Positions 37,757-48,243 of a stretch of 64,000 bases of DNA are shown piece by piece. The DNA is from Candidatus Brocadiia bacterium (GTDB lineage: Bacteria; Planctomycetota; Brocadiia; SM23-32): the NCBI GenBank assembly GCA_046538485.1, contig JBKHIT010000008.1:35549-99548 (forward strand), written 5' to 3'. The position numbers were made by a program, and so were the translations under genes. The notes beneath the pieces are model-generated. The model had not been told where the DNA came from, ran no database searches, and was given only the letters and a program-made list of their open reading frames with translations. How positions within the stretch are numbered: position 1 is the stretch's first letter; each line of letters opens with the position of its first letter.

Positions 37757-39592
37757 ATGAGTAAAGAAAGAGATTTTTTAAGGCAAAATCTGAGTGAGGA
37801 AAATTGCCAGAAACTTTTCGCAATCGATATCCCGTTTCTTGAGCAGTTTGTCGCAAAATATGTCGAGCTGGGGCAACCGGAAAGCGTTTTCGTAGCAACA
37901 GACTCCGACGAAGACGTTGAGTATGTCCGCCGACTTGCCGTCGAAACCGGCGAGGAACAGGAGCTGAACACACCCGGCCACACGGTCCATTTTGATGGCT
38001 ATTACGATCAGGCCCGCGATAAAGAAAACACAAAATACCTGCTTGCCCCGGAAACCGATCTCGGTGAACGGCTGAACTCTGTTGACAAAGAAACAGGACT
38101 CAAGGAAGTGCACGAGTTCCTGGAAGGAAGCATGAAAAGCAAAGAATTGCTGGTCAGATTTTTCTGCTTGGGCCCGCAGAGTTCGCCCTTCTCGATCCGA
38201 GCCGTGCAGCTCACTGACAGCCCGTATGTTGCCCACAGCGAAGATATCCTCTACCGACGCGGTTACGATGAATTTCTTCAGATGGATTTGACAGATTCCT
38301 TTTTCCGCTTTGTCCATAGCGAAGGGAAACTCGAAGAAGGTGTCAGCACTGAAGTTGACAAAAGGCGTGTCTATATTGATCTGGATGAGGACATTGTATA
38401 CAGCTCCAATACCCAGTACGGCGGCAATACCATCGGACTCAAAAAGCTGGCGCTGCGCCTCGCAATAAACAAAGCTTCCCGGGAAGGGTGGCTCGCCGAA
38501 CACATGCTCGTTGCGGGCATTCATGGTCCCAATAATCGCGTGACTTATTTCACAGGCGCCTATCCTTCTGCGTGCGGTAAAACATCGACGGCCATGCTAC
38601 CCGGTGAATCGGTTGTCGGCGACGACATTGCGTACCTGCGGCCTATCGACGGGAAACTTCGTGCGGCTAACGTGGAATCCGGAATCTTTGGTATTATCCG
38701 CGATGTGAACACTGATGACGACCCCATAATCTGGGATGCGCTCCATAGACCGGCAGAGATAATCTTCTCAAATGTGCTGGTCGGCGATGATAATAACCCG
38801 TACTGGCTCGGCATGGGTGAAGAAATCCCCGACCACGGCCGCAACCACAGCGGGGAATGGCATGCCGGCAAAACAGATAACGAAGGCAGAGAAATTACGC
38901 CGTCTCACAAAAATGCAAGGTATACTTTGCATCTGGAAAGTCTCTCAAATTGCGATCCCCACCTTCACGACCCCGAGGGAGTGGAGGTCAGCGGCATAAT
39001 TTACGGCGGCCGCGACTCCGATACGTCGGTTCCCGTTGAACAGGCTTTCGATTGGACACACGGAATCATTACAAAAGGCGCCAGCCTGGAATCCGAGACA
39101 ACCGCAGCGACCCTGGGGGAAGAAGGGGTCCGGGTTTTCCAACCCATGTCCAATATCGATTTCGTCTCTATCCCGCTCGGCCAGTACATTCAAAACAACA
39201 TCGATGCGGTGAAAGGCCTGGATTCCGAACCCATTATTTTTGGGGTCAATTATTTCCTGAAAGGCGAAAACGGAGATTACCTGAACGGAATGCATGATAA
39301 GCGGGTCTGGTTGAAATGGATGGAACTTCGGGTCCACGATGAAGTCGAGGCCCTGGAACGGCCGACCGGGCTTATCCCAAGATATGAAGACCTCGCCAGC
39401 CTGTTCGATACCATCCTGGGTCAGAGCTATTCCCGGGTTGAATACGAGGAACAGTTCAGACTCCGCATCCCGGAGAATCTGGCCAAAATAGACAGAATCG
39501 AACAGGTCTACAGGGAAAGCGTTCCCGATACTCCTGACATTCTTTTTGAGGCCCTGGAAGCGCAGCGAAAAAGGTTGGAATCCGCGAGGTAA
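37757..39592 (+). CDS. pckG: Phosphoenolpyruvate carboxykinase (GTP)
   Basis: ORF track, 611 aa. The kinase-1a block is FTGAYPSACGKTSTAML and GTP-PEPCK-type sequence runs throughout (GDDIAYLRP, GIIYGGRDSDT). Confidence 0.92.
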   Translation: MSKERDFLRQNLSEENCQKLFAIDIPFLEQFVAKYVELGQPESVFVATDSDEDVEYVRRLAVETGEEQELNTPGHTVHFDGYYDQARDKENTKYLLAPETDLGERLNSVDKETGLKEVHEFLEGSMKSKELLVRFFCLGPQSSPFSIRAVQLTDSPYVAHSEDILYRRGYDEFLQMDLTDSFFRFVHSEGKLEEGVSTEVDKRRVYIDLDEDIVYSSNTQYGGNTIGLKKLALRLAINKASREGWLAEHMLVAGIHGPNNRVTYFTGAYPSACGKTSTAMLPGESVVGDDIAYLRPIDGKLRAANVESGIFGIIRDVNTDDDPIIWDALHRPAEIIFSNVLVGDDNNPYWLGMGEEIPDHGRNHSGEWHAGKTDNEGREITPSHKNARYTLHLESLSNCDPHLHDPEGVEVSGIIYGGRDSDTSVPVEQAFDWTHGIITKGASLESETTAATLGEEGVRVFQPMSNIDFVSIPLGQYIQNNIDAVKGLDSEPIIFGVNYFLKGENGDYLNGMHDKRVWLKWMELRVHDEVEALERPTGLIPRYEDLASLFDTILGQSYSRVEYEEQFRLRIPENLAKIDRIEQVYRESVPDTPDILFEALEAQRKRLESAR

Positions 39593-39812
39593 AATGCCCG
39601 TATTGTACGAGGGGCGCGTTTGCCTTGTTCGGTGGTTTCTTTTTCCTGGCTCCACTGCTGGAGCCAGAACCCACATAGGCGGGGTGCGATCCCCCGTTTG
39701 AGCCAGCAAATCCATTCGCAAACAGCAGATGCTGGCAAATGGCCTGGAACTCTCCTTAGAATAATCCTGACCCGTAGATGCGAGCAGGCCCACTGGACTG
39801 GGCGATGTTTCC

Positions 39813-40715
39813 ATGAATATGAAGGCGCACGAAAAACGATGGACGCTTCTCGAACTACTCAACTGGACGACCGAGTATTTCGACGAAAAGGGCATCGAAA
39901 ACGCGCGCTTAAATGCGGAATTGCTGCTCAGTGAGGTCACTGGCATGGAGCGTGTCATGTTGTATGCACGTTTCGAAAAAGTGATCCCCGAAGAACAGCG
40001 AAATGATTTCCGCAGACTCGTCAGTCGTCGGGCTGATCGATGCCCCGTGCAATACATTCTCGGAAACACGGAATTCTACGGCCGCGAGTTCAAGGTGAGC
40101 CCCGCGGTGATGATCCCTCGGCAAGAGACGGAACAGGTCGTGGATAAGTGCCTCGAAAAATTGCCTGAAAACTGTGATGGTATCCTGGCTGCTGACGTGG
40201 GAACGGGAAGCGGCGCGATTGCCGTCACGCTGGCCAGGGAAAAACCACAGCTGAGAATGATAGCAACGGATTCCAGTTCCGACGCTCTCGGCATCGCGGC
40301 CGAAAATGCGCGTCGGCATGGTGTCGAAGATCGAATTCGTTTCGAAGAAGGTCACCTCTGCGAACCGATAGAAAACCTCTCTGAACAGGGGGAAACCCCT
40401 CTCTACCTGCTCGCAAGTAACCCTCCCTACATTCCCTCAAATGAAATTGAAAACCTTCAGCCGGAGGTGAAAGATTTCGAACCGCGGAAAGCGCTTGATG
40501 GAGGGGAAGACGGACTGGCCGCAATACGCGAGCTACTCCCGCTGGGAGCAAAACTGCTTACCTCCGACGGATGGTTTGTCCTGGAGGTCGGTGAAGGACA
40601 GGCGGACGATGTCCGCGAGTATATTCGTGAAACCGATAATCTAAATGGGGATAACGTGGAAATAACAAAAGATCTGGGCGGTCACAAAAGGGTTTTGGCT
40701 GCCCAAAAGAATTGA
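39813..40715 (+). CDS. prmC: Release factor glutamine N5-methyltransferase
   Basis: ORF track, 300 aa. SAM motif is AADVGTGSGAIAV. The catalytic NPPY is in LASNPPYIPS. EPRKALDGGEDGL is present. Confidence 0.88.
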   Translation: MNMKAHEKRWTLLELLNWTTEYFDEKGIENARLNAELLLSEVTGMERVMLYARFEKVIPEEQRNDFRRLVSRRADRCPVQYILGNTEFYGREFKVSPAVMIPRQETEQVVDKCLEKLPENCDGILAADVGTGSGAIAVTLAREKPQLRMIATDSSSDALGIAAENARRHGVEDRIRFEEGHLCEPIENLSEQGETPLYLLASNPPYIPSNEIENLQPEVKDFEPRKALDGGEDGLAAIRELLPLGAKLLTSDGWFVLEVGEGQADDVREYIRETDNLNGDNVEITKDLGGHKRVLAAQKN

Positions 40716-40737
40716 TGAACTGAAGTAAAGGAAAAAA

Positions 40738-42054
40738 ATGGCGAAGCTGACCATACGAGGCGGCAAAGTACTGAACGGAAAGGTTCGAATTAACGGGGCA
40801 AAAAACGCATCCCTGCCCATTATGGCAGCCACGCTCCTCACAGAAGGCACAACAGTCCTCAATCGGGTGCCCAGACTCCGGGATATCCACACTCTGGGGA
40901 AAATACTTGACGCGCTCGGACTCGAAAACGAACGGACGGACTCCGATACAATACGGATGCAGGTGGTGGATGAAACCAATTGCACCTGCCCCCATGATCC
41001 TGCAATCGAAATGCGTGCCAGCGTCTGCATCCTTGGTCCCCTGTTGGCCCGCCGAGGAAAAGCGGAAGTCCCTCTGCCCGGCGGATGTGTCATCGGCGAG
41101 CGTCCCATTGACCTCCATCTTAAAGGGCTCCGGGCACTTGGTGCCGAAATTGAACAGAAAAACGGTTACGTCTTTGCCAAAGCCGATAAACTCGTCGGTA
41201 ATCGCATCTATATGGGAGGTCCCCGTGGTTCAACGGTTCTGGGCACTGCCAATGTCATGATGGCAGCCACTCTCGCCGAAGGTGTCACAACCATCGAGCA
41301 TGCCGCCTGTGAGCCCGAAATCCGGGACCTTGCCAATTACCTGACGGCCTGCGGCGCGCTTATCGAAGGCGCCGGCACCAACACCCTCACCATCGAAGGG
41401 GTAAAACGTCTGGAAGGCACATTGCACCGCGTGATCCCTGATCGGATTGAAGCCGGGACCTTCGCCTGCATGGCGGCAGTCGCTGGCGATGAAGTTGTGC
41501 TCGAAGGCGCCCGCCCCGATCATATGTCAGCGATAATGGATACCATGGAAAATATGGGTGTAAAATTCAAGGTTCACGATAAAGGCATTACCGTTCTGCC
41601 CCCTGAAAAGCTGATAGCAAGTGACATTACAGCTCTGCCCTACCCCGGCCTTCCCACAGATATACAGCCACAGTTGATGGCTGCGCTCACCCAGGCAGAT
41701 GGAACCAGTGTGGTGACAGACTCAGTCTTCCCCGATCGTTTCACCCAGGTCGGAGAACTGCATCGACTCGGTGCAGATATCGTGAAACAGGGCCCGCAGG
41801 CCGTGGTGAAAGGCCCCGCTCAACTTACCGGAGCCCCCGTGACCGCACGGGACTTGCGAGGAGGAGCAAGCCTCGTTATCGCCGCCCTCATCGCGGAAGG
41901 AGAAACAACAATCGACGGGATGGCTCATGTAGATCGCGGCTACGAATGCATTGAAAATAGACTGGCCACCATAGGAGCCGACGTAACCCGTCAGGGAAAC
42001 GCCCCCTTCGAAGTGGGACAGATGCAGTTGCCGTTCAAACGAGCCGCTTCCTGA
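40738..42054 (+). CDS. murA: UDP-N-acetylglucosamine 1-carboxyvinyltransferase
   Basis: ORF track, 438 aa. MAKLTIRGGKVLNGKVRINGAKNASLPIMAATLL..., with the catalytic-loop Cys in PGGCVIGERPIDLH. Confidence 0.93.
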   Translation: MAKLTIRGGKVLNGKVRINGAKNASLPIMAATLLTEGTTVLNRVPRLRDIHTLGKILDALGLENERTDSDTIRMQVVDETNCTCPHDPAIEMRASVCILGPLLARRGKAEVPLPGGCVIGERPIDLHLKGLRALGAEIEQKNGYVFAKADKLVGNRIYMGGPRGSTVLGTANVMMAATLAEGVTTIEHAACEPEIRDLANYLTACGALIEGAGTNTLTIEGVKRLEGTLHRVIPDRIEAGTFACMAAVAGDEVVLEGARPDHMSAIMDTMENMGVKFKVHDKGITVLPPEKLIASDITALPYPGLPTDIQPQLMAALTQADGTSVVTDSVFPDRFTQVGELHRLGADIVKQGPQAVVKGPAQLTGAPVTARDLRGGASLVIAALIAEGETTIDGMAHVDRGYECIENRLATIGADVTRQGNAPFEVGQMQLPFKRAAS

Positions 42055-42170
42055 ACGTAATACCCCGCTGAAATACGGTTTTCGAATCCCCTCTGCCCAC
42101 GGATAACCCGTCTCTCGCGCTGCGAGGAAAGTGCCCCGCAAATACTGCCATTGGGTGCAGACTTTTTTAG

Positions 42171-42340
42171 CCCGCATTTCTCACGAACCTGAAGGTATAA
42201 TTATTATAAACGGCCGCCAGAAAGACTTTGCACTATATTTCGCATCTGATCTCAGTACACAGTGCGTTATCTGAGTCTAAAAACAGCGGTTCGTCCTCCG
42301 GGAGCGGGTTTATGCCGGCCACCGACGATACTGGAATCTG
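42171..42340 (-). mobile_element. MITE-like element, truncated half copy F2
   Basis: The plus strand from 42171 (CCCGCATTTCTCACGAACCTGAAGGTATAATTATTATAAACGG...) matches the reverse complement of the right half of F3 (60690-60883) and of F1. The other terminal repeat is absent. The left flank is ..TTTTTAG|. Confidence 0.65.
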
Positions 42341-42466
42341 ATATCCAAAGGATCCGGCAACCGCTCTGCCACAGGCGAGGTACCATGGACAGTTTTACCG
42401 CAGGAGCCGGCCGCATTATAATGCTCTCATGAGGGGTCTCCCCTGCCACAAAACACTGGAGCTAAC

Positions 42467-43777
42467 ATGGGAATACAAACATTAGGCGTAAGGATTTACG
42501 GAAAAGAGGATCTGAGACTTGAGAAATTCGAACTCCCTGAACCAAAAGATGATGAAATCATAGCCGAAGTGATCTCCAACAGTATCTGCATGTCTTCGCA
42601 CAAAGCAGCGGAGCAGGGGGAGGATCATAAACGCGTGCCCGATGATGTCGCGGAAAACCCCACTTTAATCGGCCACGAATTTTCGGGGCGACTCCTGAAA
42701 ATCGGAGACAAATGGGCGGACCGTTTCGAACCCGGGCAAAAATTTGGGATCCAACCGGCGCTCAATTACAAAGGCTCACTCGACGCGCCTGGTTATTCCT
42801 ACCAGTGGATCGCCGGCAACACTCAGAAAATCATCATCCCTCAGGAAGTTATGCTGATGGACTGTCTCCTTCCCTATAAAGGTGATGCCTTTTTCAAAGC
42901 CTCTTTATCGGAACCTATGTCCTGTCTCATTGGAGCTTTTCGCGCCCAATGGCATTACGCCGAACCCGGCAAATACGAACACGAATTCGGGATCAAAGAA
43001 GGCGGACACTGCGCCCTGTTGGCCGCCGCCGGGCCGATGGGACAGGGGGCAATAGATGTCGCTCTGCACGCCGACAGGCAACCGGCGAAATTGTTGGTAA
43101 CTGACATCGATCCGGATCGATTGGCGCGCGCCAAACAACTATTCCCCGAAAAAGAGGCCGCTTCTCAGGGCGTCGAGCTTGTTTTTCTAAACCCCGCTGA
43201 ATTGCCCGAAGGACAAGATCAGCTCGTCGACTACGTGCGCGATTTCACCGATGGAGAAATGATGGATGACGTCTTTGTGTTCTTCCCCCATCCAGGGGTG
43301 ATCGCACAGGGAGATAGTTTACTGGCGCGTGACGGATGCCTGAATTTCTTCGCCGGCCCGCAGGAAAAAGATTTCAGCGCCCCTATTAACTTCTACGACG
43401 TCCATTACGAACGCCACCATATCGTCGGTACAAGCGGGGGGAATACTGAAGATATGCGCATCGCCCTCCACCTCATGGGAGAGAATCGGGTCAATCCCGC
43501 CGGAATGATCACTCACGTTGGCGGCCTGAATTGTGTGCCACAAACAATTCTGGATCTGCCGGATATCCCGGGCGGCAAAAAGCTTATCTATACTCACGTG
43601 CGCATGCCGCTGAGGGCAATTGATGAGTTCGAGGATGCTGCCGAAGAAGCCGATGAGCCCCTGAAAAGTGTCTTCAGCGAGCTGGCAAAAATCTGCGAGA
43701 AAAAGGGCGGGCTCTGGTGCACCGAAGCCGAGGAATTCCTGCTGAGCTGCGAAGATATTCGACTGGAAGATGTCTGA
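42467..43777 (+). CDS. Zinc-binding dehydrogenase (MDR superfamily), substrate unknown
   Basis: ORF track, 436 aa. Has the GroES-like N-terminus with GHEFSG and a Rossmann segment (LLAAAGPMGQGAIDVAL). Confidence 0.7.
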   Translation: MGIQTLGVRIYGKEDLRLEKFELPEPKDDEIIAEVISNSICMSSHKAAEQGEDHKRVPDDVAENPTLIGHEFSGRLLKIGDKWADRFEPGQKFGIQPALNYKGSLDAPGYSYQWIAGNTQKIIIPQEVMLMDCLLPYKGDAFFKASLSEPMSCLIGAFRAQWHYAEPGKYEHEFGIKEGGHCALLAAAGPMGQGAIDVALHADRQPAKLLVTDIDPDRLARAKQLFPEKEAASQGVELVFLNPAELPEGQDQLVDYVRDFTDGEMMDDVFVFFPHPGVIAQGDSLLARDGCLNFFAGPQEKDFSAPINFYDVHYERHHIVGTSGGNTEDMRIALHLMGENRVNPAGMITHVGGLNCVPQTILDLPDIPGGKKLIYTHVRMPLRAIDEFEDAAEEADEPLKSVFSELAKICEKKGGLWCTEAEEFLLSCEDIRLEDV

Positions 43778-43936
43778 CAGTTCTGGAACCGGGTCCCGCC
43801 CGAGTGAAACGCCGGGAAACGCCAATTGACTTTCCGGCGAACGATGCCCCGGTCTGTCATAAATAGTCTCAGCGTATGGCTGATTGCTTATCAGCGTCCC
43901 GGACACCCTTCAATCCTGATTATTCCAGATCCTGAG

Positions 43937-45316
43937 ATGTGCGCTAAAGACACCATCATAGCTGTCTCGACACCGCGCGGGTTTGCATTACGGTCGATCA
44001 TCCGCCTGAGCGGGGAGAAAGCCCTGAACATCGCGGAAAACAGCTTCGTCCCGGACGGCACGGGCACCGGCTGGATGCAAACGTATCGGGCAACAACCGG
44101 GGATCTTGTGTTCCAGCGTGAGAACCTTCGCGTTCCGGCGACGATTTACGTTATGAAAGGGCCAAAATCCTATACTCGTGAGGATGTGATAGAATTCCAT
44201 CTGCCAGGTTCTCCGGCAATTTTGGATATGGTGCTCGACGAGTTTCTGGAGCGGAATGAGGCATTGCGCCTTGCGCGGCCCGGTGAATTTACTCAGAGGG
44301 CTTTTCTGAACGGAAGAATCGATCTCACCCAGGCCGAGGCCGTCCTGTCCGTTATCCGGGCCCGCAACGAAGCTGAGCTGGTTGCTGCAAACGCAAAACT
44401 GGCCGGAAAGGTCAGCGACGAATGCCATAAACTTCAGGATCAGATCGGAGAACTCCGGGCCAGAACGGAAGCGGCGCTGGATTTTGCCCAGCACGGTATC
44501 GACCTGATCGGAAAGTCTGAATTCATATCCCGATGCGAAGAAATCAGGGAGCGGTTGGAACAACAGCTGAACGAAGGCCGTGGCGAGCTGGCGAGTGACG
44601 GACGCGTTCATGTCGTGCTCTGTGGTCCACCGAACGCAGGCAAATCCAGCCTGCTCAACCGCCTCGCTGAAGACGATGTGGCTCTGGTCCATGAGGTGCC
44701 CGGTACCACCCGCGATGCTGTTCAGGGCGAGGCTGAGATCGAAGGGATTTGTTTCTCAATTACAGATACCGCGGGTTTGCGGGATGAGGCCGGGAAACTG
44801 GAAGAAGAGGCCGGAAATCGGGCCCGCTCACTTGCGGCCGGAGCGCAATTACTCGTCCTGGTGCTGGACGGGTCGCAGGAACTTCCCCACGACGCTCTTG
44901 ATCCGGCAAAAGGCACTGACCCAGAACGGGTCCTCTGCGTGATTAACAAATGCGACCTTCCGGAGGTCCTTGATGAAAAACCGCTGGAAGACGTGGCGTG
45001 GGAGGCGGTTCACGTTTCGGCGCTGACCGGGGAAGGGATGGACAAGTTAGAATCGGCTCTGGGCCGGGTTGTGATGCAGGGCCGCCTGGATGCCTCGGCG
45101 GCCGACTGTCTTTTCAACGCCCGCCAGCGCGAGTCGGTTCGCCGTGCGGCGGCTTGTCTGCATGATGCGTCGTCGGCCGTGCAAGGCAGCATGGGTTATG
45201 AATTCGCAGCCCTCGATCTGCGCGAAGCCAACGAAGCATTGGGCGAAGTCACCGGGCAGGTCGAGCCCCAGGATGTTCTTGATCGTGTTTTCAGTCGTTT
45301 CTGTATCGGAAAATAA
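43937..45316 (+). CDS. mnmE: tRNA modification GTPase MnmE
   Basis: Track ORF 43826..45316, trimmed to ATG 43937 (MCAKDTIIAVSTPRGFALRSIIRLSG). The G domain has GPPNAGKSSLLN and DTAG. The C-terminal CIGK motif is present. Confidence 0.9.
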   Translation: MCAKDTIIAVSTPRGFALRSIIRLSGEKALNIAENSFVPDGTGTGWMQTYRATTGDLVFQRENLRVPATIYVMKGPKSYTREDVIEFHLPGSPAILDMVLDEFLERNEALRLARPGEFTQRAFLNGRIDLTQAEAVLSVIRARNEAELVAANAKLAGKVSDECHKLQDQIGELRARTEAALDFAQHGIDLIGKSEFISRCEEIRERLEQQLNEGRGELASDGRVHVVLCGPPNAGKSSLLNRLAEDDVALVHEVPGTTRDAVQGEAEIEGICFSITDTAGLRDEAGKLEEEAGNRARSLAAGAQLLVLVLDGSQELPHDALDPAKGTDPERVLCVINKCDLPEVLDEKPLEDVAWEAVHVSALTGEGMDKLESALGRVVMQGRLDASAADCLFNARQRESVRRAAACLHDASSAVQGSMGYEFAALDLREANEALGEVTGQVEPQDVLDRVFSRFCIGK

Positions 45317-45342
45317 GAATCTCTCTGAAACGGAGTCTCAGG

Positions 45343-46449
45343 ATGGTCTGGAATGCAAATCTTCGGAAATTGGCAAAAGTTCTGGTTCAATACTCAACAA
45401 AAGTCGAGACGGGAGACGCTGTTGCCATTATGGGATCCGATCTCGCCGCGCCGCTTGTGCGTGAGGTTTACCGCGAGGTCCTGATCGCCGGTGGGCATCC
45501 TTCGGCCCTGTGCAAGCCGGCGGACCTTGATTACATTTTTTACCAGAATGCCAGCGAAGAGCAACTCGACCATAAACCCCCTGTTTTCAAGCATATTGCG
45601 GAGAACTTCGATGCGGTAATCCGTCTCGCTGGAGAACCGAACACAAAAGCGTTGAGCGGTGTCGATAGCCAGAAGATCGCATATCGTCAACACGCCACCG
45701 AAGAAGTAATGGCGACGTTTATGGAACGGGCGGCGGAGGAAAAGCTGAACTGGGTCCTGGCACAGTTTCCGACCCATTCTTGCGCGCAAGATGCTGAGAT
45801 GTCGCTGACGGAATTCCAGGAATTCTATCTCAAAGCCTGCAAACTCAACTCCAAAGACCCGGTATCGGAATGGGAGAAAATGCAGCAGGTACAGGAGACG
45901 ATAGTCGATTCTCTTGAGGATGTGAGCAGGATCCATATCCTTTCACAGGATACTGATCTGAGAATGTCGACGGAAGGAAGAAAATGGATCAGCTGTGCCG
46001 GGCTGAAAAATTATCCCGACGGTGAAGTGTTCACCGGACCGGTTGAAGATAGCGCGGAAGGTCATATCAGATTCAATTTTCCGGGCATCTACTGCGGAAA
46101 AGAAATCCAGGATATCCGGCTGACGTTCGAAAACGGAGAAGTCAAAGAAGCGACCGCGGGAAAAGGGCAGGATCTGCTCGAAGAGCTGATCGAGACCGAT
46201 GAAGGAGCCAGCAAGCTGGGAGAACTTGGCGTGGGGACCAACAATGGGATCCAGCGATTTACCAAAAACATGCTCTTCGACGAGAAGATGGGCGGCACGA
46301 TCCATCTGGCTCTGGGACGAGGATATCCAGAGAGCGGAAGCAAAAACGAATCCGGCATCCACTGGGATTTGTTGTGCGATATGAAAAACGAGGGCAAGAT
46401 CTACGGCGACGAAGAGCTAATCTACGAGGACGGAAAGTTCACAATTTGA
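45343..46449 (+). CDS. M29 family aminopeptidase (AmpS/PepS-like)
   Basis: ORF track, 368 aa. LAKVLVQYSTKVETGDAV..., GELGVGTN and IHLALG are M29-type blocks. Confidence 0.8.
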   Translation: MVWNANLRKLAKVLVQYSTKVETGDAVAIMGSDLAAPLVREVYREVLIAGGHPSALCKPADLDYIFYQNASEEQLDHKPPVFKHIAENFDAVIRLAGEPNTKALSGVDSQKIAYRQHATEEVMATFMERAAEEKLNWVLAQFPTHSCAQDAEMSLTEFQEFYLKACKLNSKDPVSEWEKMQQVQETIVDSLEDVSRIHILSQDTDLRMSTEGRKWISCAGLKNYPDGEVFTGPVEDSAEGHIRFNFPGIYCGKEIQDIRLTFENGEVKEATAGKGQDLLEELIETDEGASKLGELGVGTNNGIQRFTKNMLFDEKMGGTIHLALGRGYPESGSKNESGIHWDLLCDMKNEGKIYGDEELIYEDGKFTI

Positions 46450-46503
46450 GCGCGCTCTCGTTGTCCCAAATTCCTTCCCCTGATTTTTTGGGCTATGAGC
46501 AGA

Positions 46504-46541
46504 CTGGACTTAAGTGCCGCTTCGCGGCGGCTGGAGTTCAG
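46504..46541 (+). repeat. Dispersed hairpin repeat unit (family R1), copy D, with extended apex
   Basis: CTGGACTTAAGTGCCGC-TTC-GCGGCGGCTGGAGTTCAG shares its base with the other copies. The apex is replaced by a GCCGC/GCGGC extension. It lies 55 nt 3' of the co-oriented M29 gene. Confidence 0.75.
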
Positions 46542-46662
46542 AATGCGGACAATTGTCGGAAAGGCTACGGAAGAACGAAATCTCCGAGACTGCCAGCACG
46601 GCAGTGGGGCTCGGCGCACGGTGCCCGTTCGTTGAAACCAGCCTCCGTCCCCTGACCTGGTT

Positions 46663-47727
46663 CTATCCACCCGCTTTGTTCACAACAATCCGCAGCCGAG
46701 AATCGTCCGAAGAAAGTTTTTCGCGGAGGATATCCTCTTCCCGAAATTGAGCCATAAGAATTTCCTCGGCGCCTCTCCGATCACGATCGTAGATTATGTA
46801 GATCAAACCGTCTTCCCGTTGCGCTCCGTCTGGATATGAAACCCCATCGCGTTCGTCGAGCATCAACCCGCCCTCCCAGGATTGCCCTTCATTATCGGAA
46901 AGAAACGCCATAAGGTGGCTGCGCCCGGTCCGGCGGTCGATGGGACCGTGTTTGCACAAAAGCAGATTGCCCGACTCCATTCGCCGAACAAAGAAACGTG
47001 AGGTCGGGTGTTCGATCCCAGAAGGTTCCACCGGGCTCCAAAATCGTCCCCGGTCGTGCGAGACACTTTCACCGATGCCATAAGAAGTGCGGACGAGCAT
47101 CCAGAGATCGCCGTTTTTCCGTTCCACAACCATGTGCTCGTCGCAATTACGGTCCGCTTCCGACGGCACGTTCGCCTTGCCACGCAAATCCCAGGATTTT
47201 CCTTTATTGGTTGAAGCATGGACCTGCGCGCTCCCGTCCTGATGCCAGCGGGCTGTCGGGAGGAGCCAATCACCGGAGGAGAGAACAAGGGGTTTATTCA
47301 TCATGATTCCATCACAGAGCCTCTGTGGCTCCGACCATTCGGGATCGTCGTCGTCGGATTTGTCTGTTTTGATGGCCCACACTCCGCTGCGTTCGTCCGT
47401 ATGGCCCTCGTAACCCTGAGCCCAGAAAAGCCAGAGTTTTCCCTCGGGATCATGCCACAGGCAGGGGTCAAAGGCTCGCACCGGACCATCTCCATCGGGA
47501 TCGACAATCAGTTTTGTGTCGAATTGCCCTGCCCCTCCAGTTTTTCTCGTCGCGAGCAGGACGTAATTATGATGATCTTCACCTGTCCCTCCACCGTACC
47601 ATGTTGCCCAGAGGCGGCCTGAGCGCGAGCATTCTATGCCGGGTATACCCTGGAACTGTCTTCGGGTTTTATCATATTCTTCGTCCGGTGGACCTGTTTT
47701 TTCCGGGGGTTTGAGGTAAGCTTCCAT
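46663..47727 (-). CDS. BNR/Asp-box repeat glycoside hydrolase (sialidase-like)
   Basis: ORF track, 354 aa. Asp-box-like motifs are STNKGKSWD, SHDRGRFWSP and SDNEGQSWEG. The N-terminus FQGIPGIECSRSGRLWATWYGG is as in sialidase-fold proteins. Confidence 0.75.
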   Translation of the reverse strand: MEAYLKPPEKTGPPDEEYDKTRRQFQGIPGIECSRSGRLWATWYGGGTGEDHHNYVLLATRKTGGAGQFDTKLIVDPDGDGPVRAFDPCLWHDPEGKLWLFWAQGYEGHTDERSGVWAIKTDKSDDDDPEWSEPQRLCDGIMMNKPLVLSSGDWLLPTARWHQDGSAQVHASTNKGKSWDLRGKANVPSEADRNCDEHMVVERKNGDLWMLVRTSYGIGESVSHDRGRFWSPVEPSGIEHPTSRFFVRRMESGNLLLCKHGPIDRRTGRSHLMAFLSDNEGQSWEGGLMLDERDGVSYPDGAQREDGLIYIIYDRDRRGAEEILMAQFREEDILREKLSSDDSRLRIVVNKAGG

Positions 47728-48214
47728 TGCAGTATCCCACTTTAAATTCTGGAACCAGAGGCTTATCGGTATACCCGAAGCGATCTATTCCTGCAAAGGT
47801 GGCGCAGGTTTGCCCGCTGAAAAAAGATCCTTCCACCCGACGTGGGGCCGGCTGTTAAATCCGCGCAGCGGGTGGTACCGACCGGCATCGCAGGCTAAAG
47901 TGATATGGTTCGCAAATACGGCACCCTTCGAAGGCCCATGGGCATCCCACCCAACCCCGCCGGTTTACACCGGGGCTATAATGCCAGCGCCATCCGAGAG
48001 GGTTTTTGGGGGGCTTTCGGCCCAATGTCCACCGGTCGTGGATCCGTGCAGCGGACGGAACCCTCAACAGCCACGGATGTGAACCCGCAGGACAGGCAGA
48101 CAAAAGAAACACTGAACCCGAACGGATGGCACGGGCGTCGTCCACTCTTTGTTCGACTCACGTCCCGGTTCGCTACCGCTGAGTTGAACTCGAATTTTCA
48201 GCAGCACCAGCGGA

Positions 48215-48243
48215 CTGGACTTCGGCCAGAGGCCGGAGGTCAG
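48215..48243 (+). repeat. Dispersed hairpin repeat unit (family R1), copy E
   Basis: CTGGACTTCGGCC-AGA-GGCCGGAGGTCAG. A-U in the other copies is replaced by G-C (a compensatory pair). It ends 19 nt before the obg stop codon, on the opposite strand. Confidence 0.75.

Noticed and set aside
39646-39667. 8-bp hairpin CTGGCTCC-ACTGCT-GGAGCCAG after pckG
   Set aside because: The T-run precedes rather than follows the stem on the plus strand, so it is not a convincing intrinsic terminator.
38945-40069. 374-aa minus-strand ORF
   Set aside because: It is antisense to pckG and prmC and spans their intergenic gap. Shadow ORF.
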